From Cyanidioschyzon merolae (taxonomy: Eukaryota), in NCBI GenBank assembly GCA_000091205.1, contig AP006497.2: a stretch of DNA of 64,000 nt, one strand, 5' to 3'. The notes beneath the pieces are model-generated. The model was not told the DNA's origin and did no database searches. It saw only the letters and a program-made list of their open reading frames with translations. Shown piece by piece: positions 11,103 to 22,209 of this stretch. The stretch's first letter is position 1, and each line of letters opens with the position of its first letter. A program made the translations under genes and the position numbers.

Positions 11103-13325
11103 TTAGTCTGAACTCGCGGCCTCGATCGCTGACGAGGCATTGTCGCTGGCATGCGGCGGCTCTGCTGTTGAACGCTGCGACGCTGCAACGTCTGGCGTGC
11201 CTCTGTCTGATATGGGTGTGGCGGTCTGCGACCTCCAGGCCGGGGCCGCCGCAGCTGCTGCAGCTGCTGCAGCCTCGCGCGCAGCTTCCTCCGCCAGGTC
11301 CTCCGGGATGCGGTACCGATCCATGGAAGCGAACAACGTAGATGGCGCTCCCGTCGGTAGCGGCATTTTCAGGGCTGATATCAGCGGATTGCCCGTAGGT
11401 CTTGGTCTATAGAGTGGCTTTTCACCGGGCGATGTATGCACCGATCCGATAATTTGAAGACCGTGGAAGAGGTCGACGCCCAGCTCTGCCTTACAACGGC
11501 GATAGAAATCTTTCGGCGCCAGTTTTCCGCGACCGGTGCCGCGTGCAATCATGCGCTGCGACTTGACCCAGAGCCGCACCGAGCGAAAGCGATCTCGACG
11601 ACAAATAACGCTCGGATACGGATGCAATGGAGTCCATTCATCCGTTTCGTAACGCCATTGGCGGAGCTCGGCAAAACGCTCCTCCAGAGAATGTGTTCGC
11701 TTGTTTCTCTCAGCCTGAGGCGTATCTGCTGGCGCCGTCGATACGCCCTCATCCGAAAGATGATCGCCCTCAGATTGTTCAGTGGATTGTCTGGGGTGAG
11801 CGCGCGGCTGCGTGAAGCTATCGCTGCCAGTCTGGGAAGCCTCTGGTGACTGCTGCTCCAGTTCGTTTTGTTGCGAGCCCGCGTGCGTTGGTGTTGCGCG
11901 CCCCTCACTATCAACCTGAGACGTGACCTGCTGTTCCTTGTCCCGTTGGCGCTCCTCGCGTTTTCGTTGCCGCTCTGCTTCACGTTCTGCTCTACGTTTC
12001 GCAAGCAGCTCCGATTCCCGTTTTCGATAGACCGACTCCAGATCCTTGGCTGTTACACTAGCGTCGTTCACAAAGACAGGATGTTGTTTCAGCTCGGCTG
12101 CGAAAACTTTGAGCATTTTGGAGACGCTGCGGGGTTTCTTGTAGCGAAAATTAGCAGCATTCAACGCTTGAACCTGGTGGACAAAGTACTGGTGCACGCA
12201 ATCAAGAAGCGCTGGCCTCTCGAGCAGGTTCGATTCCGTTGCTCCGTCCGCAGCAGGCAGCTGCTCCGCTACAATGTGGAGCTGATCTCGTATCTGGCGT
12301 AGCTGCTCTTCGGCGTCGCGCTCTACCTGACGCCAGTATCGAGCAGATGCAACCTGCAAAAGCTTCGGCTTGGTTGTTCGCAGGAATGCTAAACGATTGA
12401 AGAGTTCCTCTTGAAAGCGGTACGGGACGGAGCCCTCACTGGTGGGCACCGAAGCAAGTCGAGCAGCAACAGCGCTTTCGCAAAATTCTGCCAGCAATTC
12501 CACGAGTTCTGGTACTTTCTCCCATCCATTCGGCTTCTTGTCTCCGTAGAGGTCACGAATGCGTGCCTCTAGACGCCGTGCCACCTCTTCCACTCGCTGT
12601 GGGAGCACAACTCGTGAATGGCGCCGCGACCAGGCCCATTCCTCAAAGTCATCGTCCTGGGATGGCCCCGAGCGTCCCGTCATCCCCGAAGCGAGCTGAT
12701 GACGCTCCGGCGTCGATGCCGCACTAGCAGGCCGCGGATCCGCCGAAGGAATCCGATTCCAGCGCTGCCCCAGGATGCTGGATAATACGCCAAAACCAGG
12801 CTGCATATCAGCTGCAAAATCCTCGGTTATTTCAGAGTCATCAATAAAGTCGGAGTCATAGTCATAAACGGAGTCGTCGGACTCGTAGTTGCCACGAACT
12901 GCAGCGTTCAGCCGTCGGCGTCGCCGTTTGCGACCTTGACGTTGTCGTCCGGTTGGAACTGTCGCCCTCACAGGTGCAATAGTCTGTGGAATTGAGGCAG
13001 GTGACCCCGGAGGCTGCTCGCGAACGTTTGTTTCCAGATCTCCCTGCTTCGTGGGAAGCCGCAAGCTCCCCGTCGCTTCCAAAGCGGAGACTGGCTTGTT
13101 TGCTTCCGTTTGAGAGGGCTGGGCAGCCTCAGTCCTGAATGCGACACCATCGGACGCTTCTAAAGTTCCTGAAGCGACGACGGAAGCGGTAGCAGTGGAC
13201 GGCGCAAGCACGCGAGTCGCGCCGGCCGTTTCCTCGCGTACGGGAGCCGGAGCAACAGCGCTCTGCCGACGCATGAGCTCCCGAAAGTTCAGTTCATTGG
13301 TCCGCTCAGGATCCAGCCTCAACAT
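11103..13325 (-). CDS. Protein of uncertain function with an Hpc2/ubinuclein-type (HUN-like) acidic motif and a coiled-coil, Lys/Arg/Glu-rich region
   Basis: ATG start, 740-aa uninterrupted ORF. The motif NYESDDSVYDYDSDFIDDSEITEDF resembles the HUN/HRD motif of HIRA-complex subunits. A poly-Ala run lies near the C-terminus. The functional call is tentative. Confidence 0.6.
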   Translation of the reverse strand: MLRLDPERTNELNFRELMRRQSAVAPAPVREETAGATRVLAPSTATASVVASGTLEASDGVAFRTEAAQPSQTEANKPVSALEATGSLRLPTKQGDLETNVREQPPGSPASIPQTIAPVRATVPTGRQRQGRKRRRRRLNAAVRGNYESDDSVYDYDSDFIDDSEITEDFAADMQPGFGVLSSILGQRWNRIPSADPRPASAASTPERHQLASGMTGRSGPSQDDDFEEWAWSRRHSRVVLPQRVEEVARRLEARIRDLYGDKKPNGWEKVPELVELLAEFCESAVAARLASVPTSEGSVPYRFQEELFNRLAFLRTTKPKLLQVASARYWRQVERDAEEQLRQIRDQLHIVAEQLPAADGATESNLLERPALLDCVHQYFVHQVQALNAANFRYKKPRSVSKMLKVFAAELKQHPVFVNDASVTAKDLESVYRKRESELLAKRRAEREAERQRKREERQRDKEQQVTSQVDSEGRATPTHAGSQQNELEQQSPEASQTGSDSFTQPRAHPRQSTEQSEGDHLSDEGVSTAPADTPQAERNKRTHSLEERFAELRQWRYETDEWTPLHPYPSVICRRDRFRSVRLWVKSQRMIARGTGRGKLAPKDFYRRCKAELGVDLFHGLQIIGSVHTSPGEKPLYRPRPTGNPLISALKMPLPTGAPSTLFASMDRYRIPEDLAEEAAREAAAAAAAAAAPAWRSQTATPISDRGTPDVAASQRSTAEPPHASDNASSAIEAASSD

Positions 13326-14790
13326 AGTCCACCTTTTCGGACTAGAAATTTGTTCTCAGATTGTGAAGACTGACCAGCGACAGACCCAACTGTTACGTTT
13401 CGTACGGAAAACGTGGATGCGGAGGAGATTGGTGGCGCGCAATGTCGCGCGCTCTGCCCTAGGCGGCGTACTAAGGAGCGGCCGTGCGTCTGGCAGAACG
13501 CGTTTCTGTTGTTGTTGTTGTTGTTGCTGAGTAACACTTTCATTACACTGTAGGTATAAAGCTGCCTCTATCCTAGTCTCATGCCCTGGTCAGGCTGTGG
13601 TATGGTAAAGACGGCAGCGCAACGCGGATCGGCATAGGACGGGTACCTAATGGAGCTCGGACGCTTGCAATCGTCGTGTGTGCGAGACCGAAAGCGCGCT
13701 GCATGGGTCCCAAGTGCAAGCTGCTGACCGTGCTTTATTGAAAAGCGTTGTTGGGATTTCCCATTTCGTTCTTGTGTCCCTACGTGAACGGATTGTGCAT
13801 CAGACGTTGAGGGTCAGCGCATTGCAGACAATGCAAACCGACCGCTAGCACATTTGCATCAGTACAGATTTTTCGTGCTTGCAGCCAGGCAATTCGTTCG
13901 GTGCATCCACGAGAGGGCCGAAACACTCCCCCAAAGTCACGTTTCCTATCAACTCTTACAACAAAAGCAGCGCACAGCTGGCGCGAGATAAAGCCGTCTC
14001 TCAAGTTCGTCACTCCGGGGGCGCGCACACGCGTACCTCTTGCGCACCGATACGATAACAGCGATGCTAAGGCGAAAGCGTCCCATATACATTCGGGATC
14101 CGTAGTGAGCTCGACAACTCGGTGGTAACTGCGTGGATCAAGCCTTTCTTTCCTGACGGACTACTACCCTGACGCTGAGGCGTGGAAATTCCCGCGAAAG
14201 GCATCAGGCAAAGCACGCTGAGGATCGCAGTCTAGCGGCCTGCTCGAGTCGCGAGTCCGGGAGCTTCCAGCTCGATGTAACCGGGCGAGACGATATAGAG
14301 TGTGTCCGCACGAGCGCGAACGGGCGTCGCGACCTCAGCACCCAAACCTCATGACAACAAAAACCACAAGCAATTGCGGGTTCCGGCAAAACTGATCAAT
14401 GGTTCTTTTAGCCACGTTACGTCGTCGAGTCTGGCCAAATGACCCCGCGAATTATCTTCAGACTAGACAGGTCCTGGTTGTTTGGTCAAAGTGCGTGGCG
14501 CGAAGCTCCCCATAGCTGCTTGCAGTTGGTGCTTCTGGTGACGCCGTGCAGGGCGAACGCTTTCGCAACCAAGGCCAGTACCGACCAACACTTCACATTG
14601 TAAATCGGTACCAGTATACTGAGACCTGAGCGGTTTGGTCTGCCGGGGTATCGGTAATATACCTCACCCGCCGATGAGTGCCATTGCGTAACAACGCAGC
14701 AGCGTACACGGTCTTGGTTTGTGTACAAAAGCCTGTGGACTGTCCGCTGGCTGCGCCAAGAAGAACGCTTGTCTTTGCGCTACATCCGGG

Positions 14791-16105
14791 TCAGATGAAA
14801 AAGGAACAGTAAACAGTTCGTTCTGGTCTAGATGTTTGATTTTTTCGGATCTTATGAACGATGTACAGCATCGACACTCAATGACCAAAAGTAGCACTAT
14901 TGGATTCATAAGATGCCTACCGATGCTCGGTCGCCGTTTCGGGATGGCATCTTCGGCGTTTCGTAGCTGGAATCGTAATGGAACCTAAACCATGAGCATT
15001 TATAACGCCCGCGAGCAACGGCTCCTAAAAATACCCGATATCGTTATCCAGTGTATACGGACTGGCCTCCACGCTTCTCTGCTCTGTATGTGCAGCGTGC
15101 CCAAATCGTGCAGTCTTCGAGCCTCTTCGGTTTCTGTTCCGAGGCAACGACTGGGCGCATCAATGCTGGCCACTGGATTCTCGGGGAATCGCGGTCGACG
15201 TTCTCCCTTGACGGCTTGTTTGCATGGTCATCCCGAAAGTCCACGGAGATGCTCATGTCAAACGATCGATTCGGTTCGAAAGACATATCCTGCTCTCTTT
15301 GTGGCCACTGAAGACTCCCGTTTTTTGAACAGCACCGTGATACCTCACTCTCTCACGGAGGTATGCTCCAAGAGGCTCTCCTCTGTCTCCCATTCGCATG
15401 GACAGAGGTCTTCGACTCGGACTTGAGCTGTCGCAGTGAACGCTCCCAGTGCAGCGCTCATTGCCGGTCCGCACCGAGCGATCATAGACAGATCGACGAA
15501 TCTCGACTTCCTCTACATCCTTTACTTGCCGCACGCTACGTGTTTCATCGCGGGTAGCATCGCGCTCCACACATCTTTTTTATCGAATGAAGCAGTGTGC
15601 GTTTGCGTGTGCAACGCATAGAGCAAGTGCCGAGACGATCTCCCGGGAAAAGCACGTCATCGAAGTGCGTCGCACCGGCTGCTGAAGCCGTGCATGGCAT
15701 CGAAAGAGGCGTCCTGTGTCCATCAATAGGGTCTGTCTAGCGACCGAACAAAAGGTCACGGGTTATAGGACGGCGCTCGGTCGGGAAGATGCGTTGGACA
15801 TACCGAAGCACCTGACCACAGTCAAGCGTTATTGCCCGAAAAGGCGCACCAGGCCGTATACAAAGATGAAGAATAGAACGGGCGAGGCGTGGATCGCTGC
15901 TGCTGACTCTACGTTACCTTTTGTCGATAACAGCCAGACGCAGCGAGCTTCAGAAGAGAAAGCTGCCGTCAGCTTCATTCAACAGCTGAAAAAGGATAAC
16001 GATCGCAGAAGAGACCTGAATACGTAAAGCCGGAGAAAACAGACTGAGAAAGGAGCAGAACGGCAGACAAAGACCGATGAATATAAATCTAGAGATAAGA
16101 GAGCA
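14791..16105 (-). repeat. Dispersed element family, copy B1 (inverted relative to A). The near-identical core shared with B2 is 14791-16068.
   Basis: 14791-16068 matches 23986-25261 at offset 9195, with a 2-bp indel near 15590. ORF pairs differ at about 7 of 144 aa, or roughly 98% identity. The reverse complement aligns along its length with copy A; for example CCGATATCGTTATCC at 15035 matches GGATAACGATATCGG at 10688. Confidence 0.85.
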
Positions 16106-16392
16106 GTGTCAGTGTTAGAGAACTCATTCTGACAAGAATCTGATGCGGTCGCAACTAGCTCCAGGCTGCCTACGCGGCGAGTTTGCGACGCACCTGCTGC
16201 GTCCAACGCTGCCGTGCCCCTGAACTATTAAATCCTGAAAAGGGAAAGTTATGTCGTCCAATGTACCGCATAGACTGCTTGATTACAAGGGTAACAGCAC
16301 TATCCGGTTGTGGAGCAATGCTTTCGTGGAGTATCGATTCCAAAATTTACTTGAGTCCGCAAAAAATGCGACTGAGCGCTGAGCACGGGTCC

Positions 16393-16632
16393 CTGCCGCT
16401 GTCGCTTGGTACCCGCGCACGGACACCAAGTGACGACTTGCAACCTCTACACGATCCATACTCAATTATGATCGCTGCCGGTGTCGCTTGGTACCCGCTC
16501 ACTGACGCCAAGTGGCGACTTGCAACCTCTATACGATCTATTCTCAATAATGACCGCTGCCGGTCTCGCTTGGTACTTGCGCACGGACACCAAGTGGCGA
16601 CTTGCAACCTCTACACGATCCATACTCAATCA
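16393..16632. repeat. Tandem repeat, 82-bp unit, about 2.9 copies
   Basis: CTTGCAACCTCTA recurs at 16437, 16519 and 16601. The unit begins CTGCCG(C/G)TGTCGCTTGGTACC. The repeat lies 160 bp downstream of the UCH37 stop codon. Confidence 0.85.
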
Positions 16633-16793
16633 TGTGTCCAATACAGCACCACAGCAAAGCGCTGTGCCCTTTACATCAGCGCCACCTGCGCTGATCTCGA
16701 CCGCATCATTTCAACAGACGCAGGAAGATTCTTGTCCCGGTTGTCAGCGGCATCAACGTTGGCGATGCGCTGCAATGGCGCAGCGGCGACGAA

Positions 16794-17834
16794 TTATGAG
16801 TGTTCGGCATGATTTGCGACCTGTTGCTCTCGCTTTCGCTTGGCCTCCTCTAGAAGCTCAACAAAGTGTCCATGATCAGCGAACAGAATCAGCAGCCGGA
16901 TCGCCAGCGGCACCAGGTCCATTCTTCGGAGCGTGGTGTCCAGCTGCCATCGTGCGTGCTTGGCCTCCTCCTGGGCCAACAGGGATGCAGCAACTTGATC
17001 ACCACCGCTCGCTCGGACCTGGAGCTCTGGACGAGGATCCCGATGAACAACCAAGACACTGAAGCGCAATTCTTGATTCGATGCTCGAGAGATGCGTTGC
17101 CGAACAGCCCGCAACGCTACGCAGACCCAGGCCAAATCATTGTGATGCTGCGCTTCGGCCGTGGGTAACTGTTGTTTCGAGTCTGGCGTTCCAGGCGCCA
17201 AAAGTGAAGCATCAAAAGTGCCCACTGCCGACGGTCCAGTCTGCAGGCCATCCAACTCGTATACCTTGCCGCCGAGAGGCACATAGGAGACGTAATGGAA
17301 GACATCTTCGCGCGGAAGCAAGTTACGAAGGGATGGATCCTCTTCCAGTAAAATACCCCGCAGAGGGGAGAATGAGTTGTGAACCGCGCAAATATCCCTA
17401 GCATTGGCCAAAAGCTCGCCCCGTGTCTCCGCATCAAGTGCCTGCGCAAACTCCGCGTACTCTGTCAAAAGCGGGCCCAGTTGCAGACCTCGTTGCCGTG
17501 CGTTCAAGAGCACTGCAAGCAAAGCTTGGGTGGCACACGCATTACGAATGACTTGCCGCGAAAAGATTAAATGATGAGGAGTTTCGGCAGTCGAGAGCGG
17601 CTCAGACGCCGGCGCTGCCAATACTTGGTCGTACTTGAAGAGAAAGATGAGGCCGAAAACCGGACACGCGAGGTTGGCTGCAACAAACGCTTCTTCACTG
17701 AGGTCCACGAGTTCGTCCACCTGGACACCTTTCACGCCCAGTTCAGTTATCATGGCAGTAAAGACACCAGGATCCGATTCGATGGTACACCAGCCTCCCT
17801 CCGAGTCAGCGCCGTCATCAACGGAGCTCGCCAT
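16794..17834 (-). CDS. UCHL5: Ubiquitin C-terminal hydrolase, UCH37/UCH-L5 type (peptidase C12 with C-terminal ULD tail)
   Basis: ATG start, 346 aa. Motifs WCTIESDPGVFT, VFGLIFLFKY and QVIRNACATQALLAVLLN are present. The C-terminal LRRMDLVPLAIRLL...EEAKRKREQ corresponds to the UCH37 RRKHNYLPF tail region. Confidence 0.9.
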   Translation of the reverse strand: MASSVDDGADSEGGWCTIESDPGVFTAMITELGVKGVQVDELVDLSEEAFVAANLACPVFGLIFLFKYDQVLAAPASEPLSTAETPHHLIFSRQVIRNACATQALLAVLLNARQRGLQLGPLLTEYAEFAQALDAETRGELLANARDICAVHNSFSPLRGILLEEDPSLRNLLPREDVFHYVSYVPLGGKVYELDGLQTGPSAVGTFDASLLAPGTPDSKQQLPTAEAQHHNDLAWVCVALRAVRQRISRASNQELRFSVLVVHRDPRPELQVRASGGDQVAASLLAQEEAKHARWQLDTTLRRMDLVPLAIRLLILFADHGHFVELLEEAKRKREQQVANHAEHS

Positions 17835-18279
17835 TGTCGTCGGTCAGTGCTGAACTTTTACGCTTCGCCAAAGGTGTACCCGTTGCGCTGCGTCTTTTCG
17901 ATACGCCTTCCCGAACTGATACCACGATCTATCTGGACTGTGAAACTCCGCAGGTAGACGCACAGACGGCAACCGCAGCCGAGAAGTTCTCGCCACCCTC
18001 AGGGCTGGATGTAGAGGCGTTGTTGACGGCTTGCGCGCGGCGGCCGCTGCGGTCGTGAGCATCCGCTCATGCCATTGGTGTACCATAGGTGACGTCGCTT
18101 TTACCGCTGCGTTGCGCCGACGCGGTGACTGTTCAGCGTCCGCGGAGGCCAGGTCTCTGGTCGCTACGGGCACCGGGCACAGGTTTTCTCAGTACGAGTG
18201 GCGCGGCAGCTTCTGGACTCGCGCATCTGGTACCAGTCTGTGCACGAACGGGACTGTTGCGTCTCCGTTTCCCGCGCGC

Positions 18280-19554
18280 ATGGCAGGGAAACGAGCGAGC
18301 GACGGTGCAGCGGCGAGCAACCCGTATAACTCGCTGTTTGCCGACATTCTTACGTCAGTAATATCCGTCACAGCCTTATTCATTGGTGCAAACATTATTC
18401 GAAAAAGGCTGGACCCAGCATTTGAATCGAAGAAGGAGCTTGAACGACGTCGCAAGGAGCTCGAGGAGCGCCTCCGGAAGCAACGCAGCAGCTGTGGGCG
18501 GCCACCGCTGGACCTTTCGGACTTGACCCCTAACGAAGAGGTTGTCGCGCACTATCTGGTCGATCCTGACGAACTTGATGTGCAGTCATTGGATGATGTT
18601 GGCGGCCTAGAAGAAATCAAAGAGGAACTGCGCGAACTTGTGATCTTACCGTTCCATCGCCCCGAACTCTTTCCTCCCGGCTCGCTTTTGCAACCGCCAA
18701 AAGGGATCCTTTTATATGGACCGCCAGGAACTGGGAAAACGATGCTCGCGAAAGCACTTGCAGCTGAGTCAAAGGCGTGTTTCTTAGCTATTTCGCCAGC
18801 GACGCTGTTGAGCAAGTGGGTTGGCGAAACGCAGCAGCTCACCCGGGCAGTCTTCTCGCTCGCGTACAAAATCCAGCCGTGCATCATATTCATCGATGAG
18901 ATTGACGCGCTGTTCCGCACGAGGAGTGCGCAGGATCACGAGGTATACCGGGATTTCAAAGCGGAGATGATGCAGCTCTGGGACGGATTGACGACGGACT
19001 CCAGCGCCCAAGTGCTGGTACTGGGTGCCACGAACCGTCCCTGGGATGTCGATACAGCGATACAACGTCGGATGCCGAGGAGCTTCCTGGTGGACCTCCC
19101 GGGCGTGGAACAACGCAAGCGCATTCTTGATGTCATTCTCCGGTCCGACAGGCACCGCTTGGAGGCATCTACCGAAGAACTCGCGAAGCTTACCGAAGGT
19201 TATTCGGGAAGCGATTTGCGCGAGCTCTGCAGGGCCGCTGCGCTTCTTGTCCTACGAGATGCAATGCGCGAAGCCAAAAAGTGCGGCGTCGACGTTTCCC
19301 AAGTGCAGCTGCGCAGCATGCGACTTGAGGATTTTGAGCGAGCGATGGAGCGAGTAGCACCGACCGGTGCCCATGCTGAAATTTTTCGGTACCGCCAAAC
19401 TCTGGAACGTGTGCGGAAGCTGCGCGTCGCGCAAGAAAACAGTAATGTAGAGTCCAGAGAACCCGATGAGCAAACATTGGTTGCCGGAATCGAGGAGGCG
19501 CTCCTGGTAGAGGCTAATGAGTTTGTGGAGCGCGTTGGTCGTCGGCTGGGCTGA
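18280..19554 (+). CDS. MSP1: Membrane-anchored AAA ATPase of the MSP1/ATAD1 family
   Basis: There is an N-terminal hydrophobic segment (ILTSVISVTALFIGANII), Walker A GILLYGPPGTGKT, Walker B IIFIDEIDALF, and DHEVYRDFKAEMMQLWDGL. The ORF-track start at 18031 adds an implausible leader. I prefer the ATG at 18280 (MAGKRASD..., 424 aa). Confidence 0.87.
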   Translation: MAGKRASDGAAASNPYNSLFADILTSVISVTALFIGANIIRKRLDPAFESKKELERRRKELEERLRKQRSSCGRPPLDLSDLTPNEEVVAHYLVDPDELDVQSLDDVGGLEEIKEELRELVILPFHRPELFPPGSLLQPPKGILLYGPPGTGKTMLAKALAAESKACFLAISPATLLSKWVGETQQLTRAVFSLAYKIQPCIIFIDEIDALFRTRSAQDHEVYRDFKAEMMQLWDGLTTDSSAQVLVLGATNRPWDVDTAIQRRMPRSFLVDLPGVEQRKRILDVILRSDRHRLEASTEELAKLTEGYSGSDLRELCRAAALLVLRDAMREAKKCGVDVSQVQLRSMRLEDFERAMERVAPTGAHAEIFRYRQTLERVRKLRVAQENSNVESREPDEQTLVAGIEEALLVEANEFVERVGRRLG

Positions 19555-19647
19555 GCGGCAAACCCGCGTAAGGCAATGGCAATTGTTTCCAGCAAGTGCT
19601 TCTCGTTGATCGAGGTGCCTGACGCAGCGCGGTCCAGAATGGAGCAT

Positions 19648-19740
<93 letters not shown>
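19648..19740. repeat. (CACG)n microsatellite, about 23 units
   Basis: An uninterrupted GCACGCAC... run is read directly, starting ~95 bp downstream of the AAA ATPase stop codon. Confidence 0.95.
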
Positions 19741-20959
19741 TGTTCCTGTGACGTGTCCACCAGATCGGGGCGCACGCATTGCCACAGGCAGCGTTTAATG
19801 CGCGGATCACTCGTTGGGAAGCGCGCGTATAAATGCAGCGCGCGATCTCATACGATGCGTGTGACGATACGCAAGGCACGTTCAAGCTGCACAGCTGATG
19901 CAGTGTACCTCTGGATACAGAGCAGGATTGCGTTGTGCTCCTGCCTAGTATGGGTTGTGTGTACGGCGGGCACCTGCATCTTTGCGTAAAGACACCAGCG
20001 AAGCTTCGCAGCCGATACTATCTACCCGTAGATATGTCCCTGAATTGCGTTGTGCTTCTGCCCGTCATCAATGTGTTATGCGAAGGTTCTACCAGACGCT
20101 GCTACGCAGGAATACGCTTGCAGATCACTTCGCGCGCCGTGATTTGAGCAATTCTTGTTGGTGAAGCGGACAGACGTTGCACGCCGCGCACATCAGGCAT
20201 GTGTGCACGCGATCCGCTCGTCGCTGCGTGCTGCATGAGGAAGCACAACCGTTTGACTTTGTGAGTCTTATTCGAGCCTGCCTGCTAGTTTCAGGATGGG
20301 CTTGCACCTTCAAAAGCAAAATATGAGCCAGCAATAATGATCATGTGAACCCCCAGTGCTTCCTTTCGTTCGAGGCAGGACAAACCCGGTTTCATTGGCA
20401 GAATTCCTTTCTGATTCGCAGATACCAACTTTTACCGTTTTCCTTGCAAAGCGTTGCAAGAATGAAATAAACCTCTGGCGGAGCGCTTGACACGTTCAAC
20501 TGCTAGCATGCTTGCCAAACGCCACTCGAATCCCGGAACACCGAAATGAAACCCAGTTTTTCGTCCTGAAATTCTCATCCTAGAGACGCCAGCAAGATGA
20601 GCATGGATGCTGTGGGCTTTGAGCCCTGCAGCGTGCTGCGACATGCTACCGCCCACGATCGCACCTCCGAGGCTAAGAAGGCATAGGCTCGTGTGCGATG
20701 GCGCAACGTTCCGTGAATGCCATGCCCCGTGAACAGCTCGCTTGACGTCGATACAATCGCCACCGTACTGGAGCTAAGTTCGCCGTAGCGTCCAATGCAG
20801 CACCCGCTTGTTTTCGACGAGCACGACGATATTTCGTCCTGTGGAGCGGCCGAAACATGTCCAATACCATGGCCACAAAAAGAAACGTTGATCCTCTCTA
20901 CTTTCATGTCAGAATATAATTTCAGAGGTTGTCTACCAAGGTCGTTCACCGTGAAGTTT

Positions 20960-22209
20960 TGGTCTCTTCCCAGTATCATCAGCAACAGCCTTTGCGAGAT
21001 CCTTCGGCGACTGCTCCCTTTTCCGGTCTCTTGTCTCTGGCGTGCCATAGCCGATCTCTCCTGTGATCGATGTACTATGTCAGCAGTCAACGGATGCCGA
21101 TGGCAGCATCGAAGCCTCGATTTCGCTGCTTCTGGCTGTCGCCGACGCGCTTCATGAACAGACCGTAGATGCGATCTACGCCCCGCTTGGCATGTTCGCC
21201 TTCTTCATCATATACCGCCTCTGTACGCCGTATACAGCGGTGACGCTTCGCTACCGTCGGTTATTCGCGTATGTCGACTGCGCGTCTTCCGCGGGCCGTC
21301 CTACAACGCGTGAACGCTTGCCTCATCGCCCGGCACATGCCCCGCCATGGCACAGAACGCTTCTCTGGGTGCGGTCCTCGGTTTCAGCACGCGGTGCCGT
21401 GCACTACGATTACGTGCTCCACCCGGGCGATCCTCTCGCCATTGTCTCTGTCCTCTGCACGAGCAAGCGCGCGCTCTTCCAATGGATAGATGATTTATGG
21501 AACGCGATGTCGTCCACGATGAAACTTGTGTCGGAAGGAAAACCAGGGCTGGATCAGCATTCGAGAGATTCGGATGCGTCAACGCTGCCTCCGTACGAAT
21601 CGATGACGCACTCTGCACTAGCCGCACTCGCGGCGATACAAGAAGGCCGGTTCGAAACCTCTTCTCCGTGCAACCGGAAGCGTCGTGTGCCTCAGGGAGT
21701 ACAAGCCATGAGGTATGCCATGCTCCTGGGGAATGCGGTTCCGTTAGTGGCCTCAGAGAGAGGATAATTTGGCTTTCCGTGAGATTGTTTATTTGATGTG
21801 AGTGTCTCAGTGAACTCTTGGCGTGGACTTGCCAAGAGGTCGATGAGGGTCTTCGATGGGTTTTTCCTATTCAATCCAGATGCGCAGAATGCTGAGCCCA
21901 CGACTTGCCTACAAAAACTGGTTGATCGAAAACTTGGTGAATGCTTATGTTGAGCATGCTGCGCGCAATAAACGGAGAAGCGCGGAGTCTCGTACTTATG
22001 CATTGGATAACGATATCGGTTCTTTTACGGAACCCTGCTGGAGGGCGTCGTGCTTCATCATGATTTCGATAAAGGATCGAATTCCCGCTGCAAAGAGTCG
22101 AGGAAGCCACTTGGAAAATACGACCGAGACTCCCAGAACTACCTAAGAATCCGTAAGCCGCCATTGTTGCACGTCCTTTTTCGAAGCTGTTCATCTAGAA
22201 AATTTCGGA
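20960..22209 (+). repeat. Dispersed element family, copy A2. The near-identical core shared with A1 is 20960-22085.
   Basis: See A1. Beyond 22085 the similarity to A1 drops to roughly the inter-subfamily level, but ATCCGTA, TTGTTGC and AAAATT anchors can still be followed. Confidence 0.8.

Noticed and set aside
16183-17062. ORFs 16183-16812(+) and 16481-17062(+), with internally repeated peptide segments
   Set aside because: The repeated peptides come from the 82-bp tandem repeat, and the 3' parts are antisense to the UCH37 gene. No protein family signal was seen.
18031-18279. N-terminal extensions implied by the ORF track, which uses GTG/TTG/CTG starts. Affected genes include MSP1 (18031), QPRT (7999), RPS28 (32372), P-loop kinase (38430), Yip1 (47806), DEAD-box (55253) and the 7-TM protein (45430).
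   Set aside because: These are eukaryotic genes, so the alternative bacterial start codons are not appropriate. In each case an in-frame ATG downstream gives an N-terminus consistent with the family. For example, [10 protein letters not shown] is the start of eS28.
19200-19885. Minus-strand ORFs with striking ACVRACVRACVR repeats (19200-19775, 19252-19785, 19514-19885), and the plus-strand HARTHART ORF at 19576-19989
   Set aside because: The repetitive peptides are simply translations of the (CACG)n microsatellite. The rest of these ORFs is antisense to the AAA ATPase gene or is unstructured intergenic sequence.
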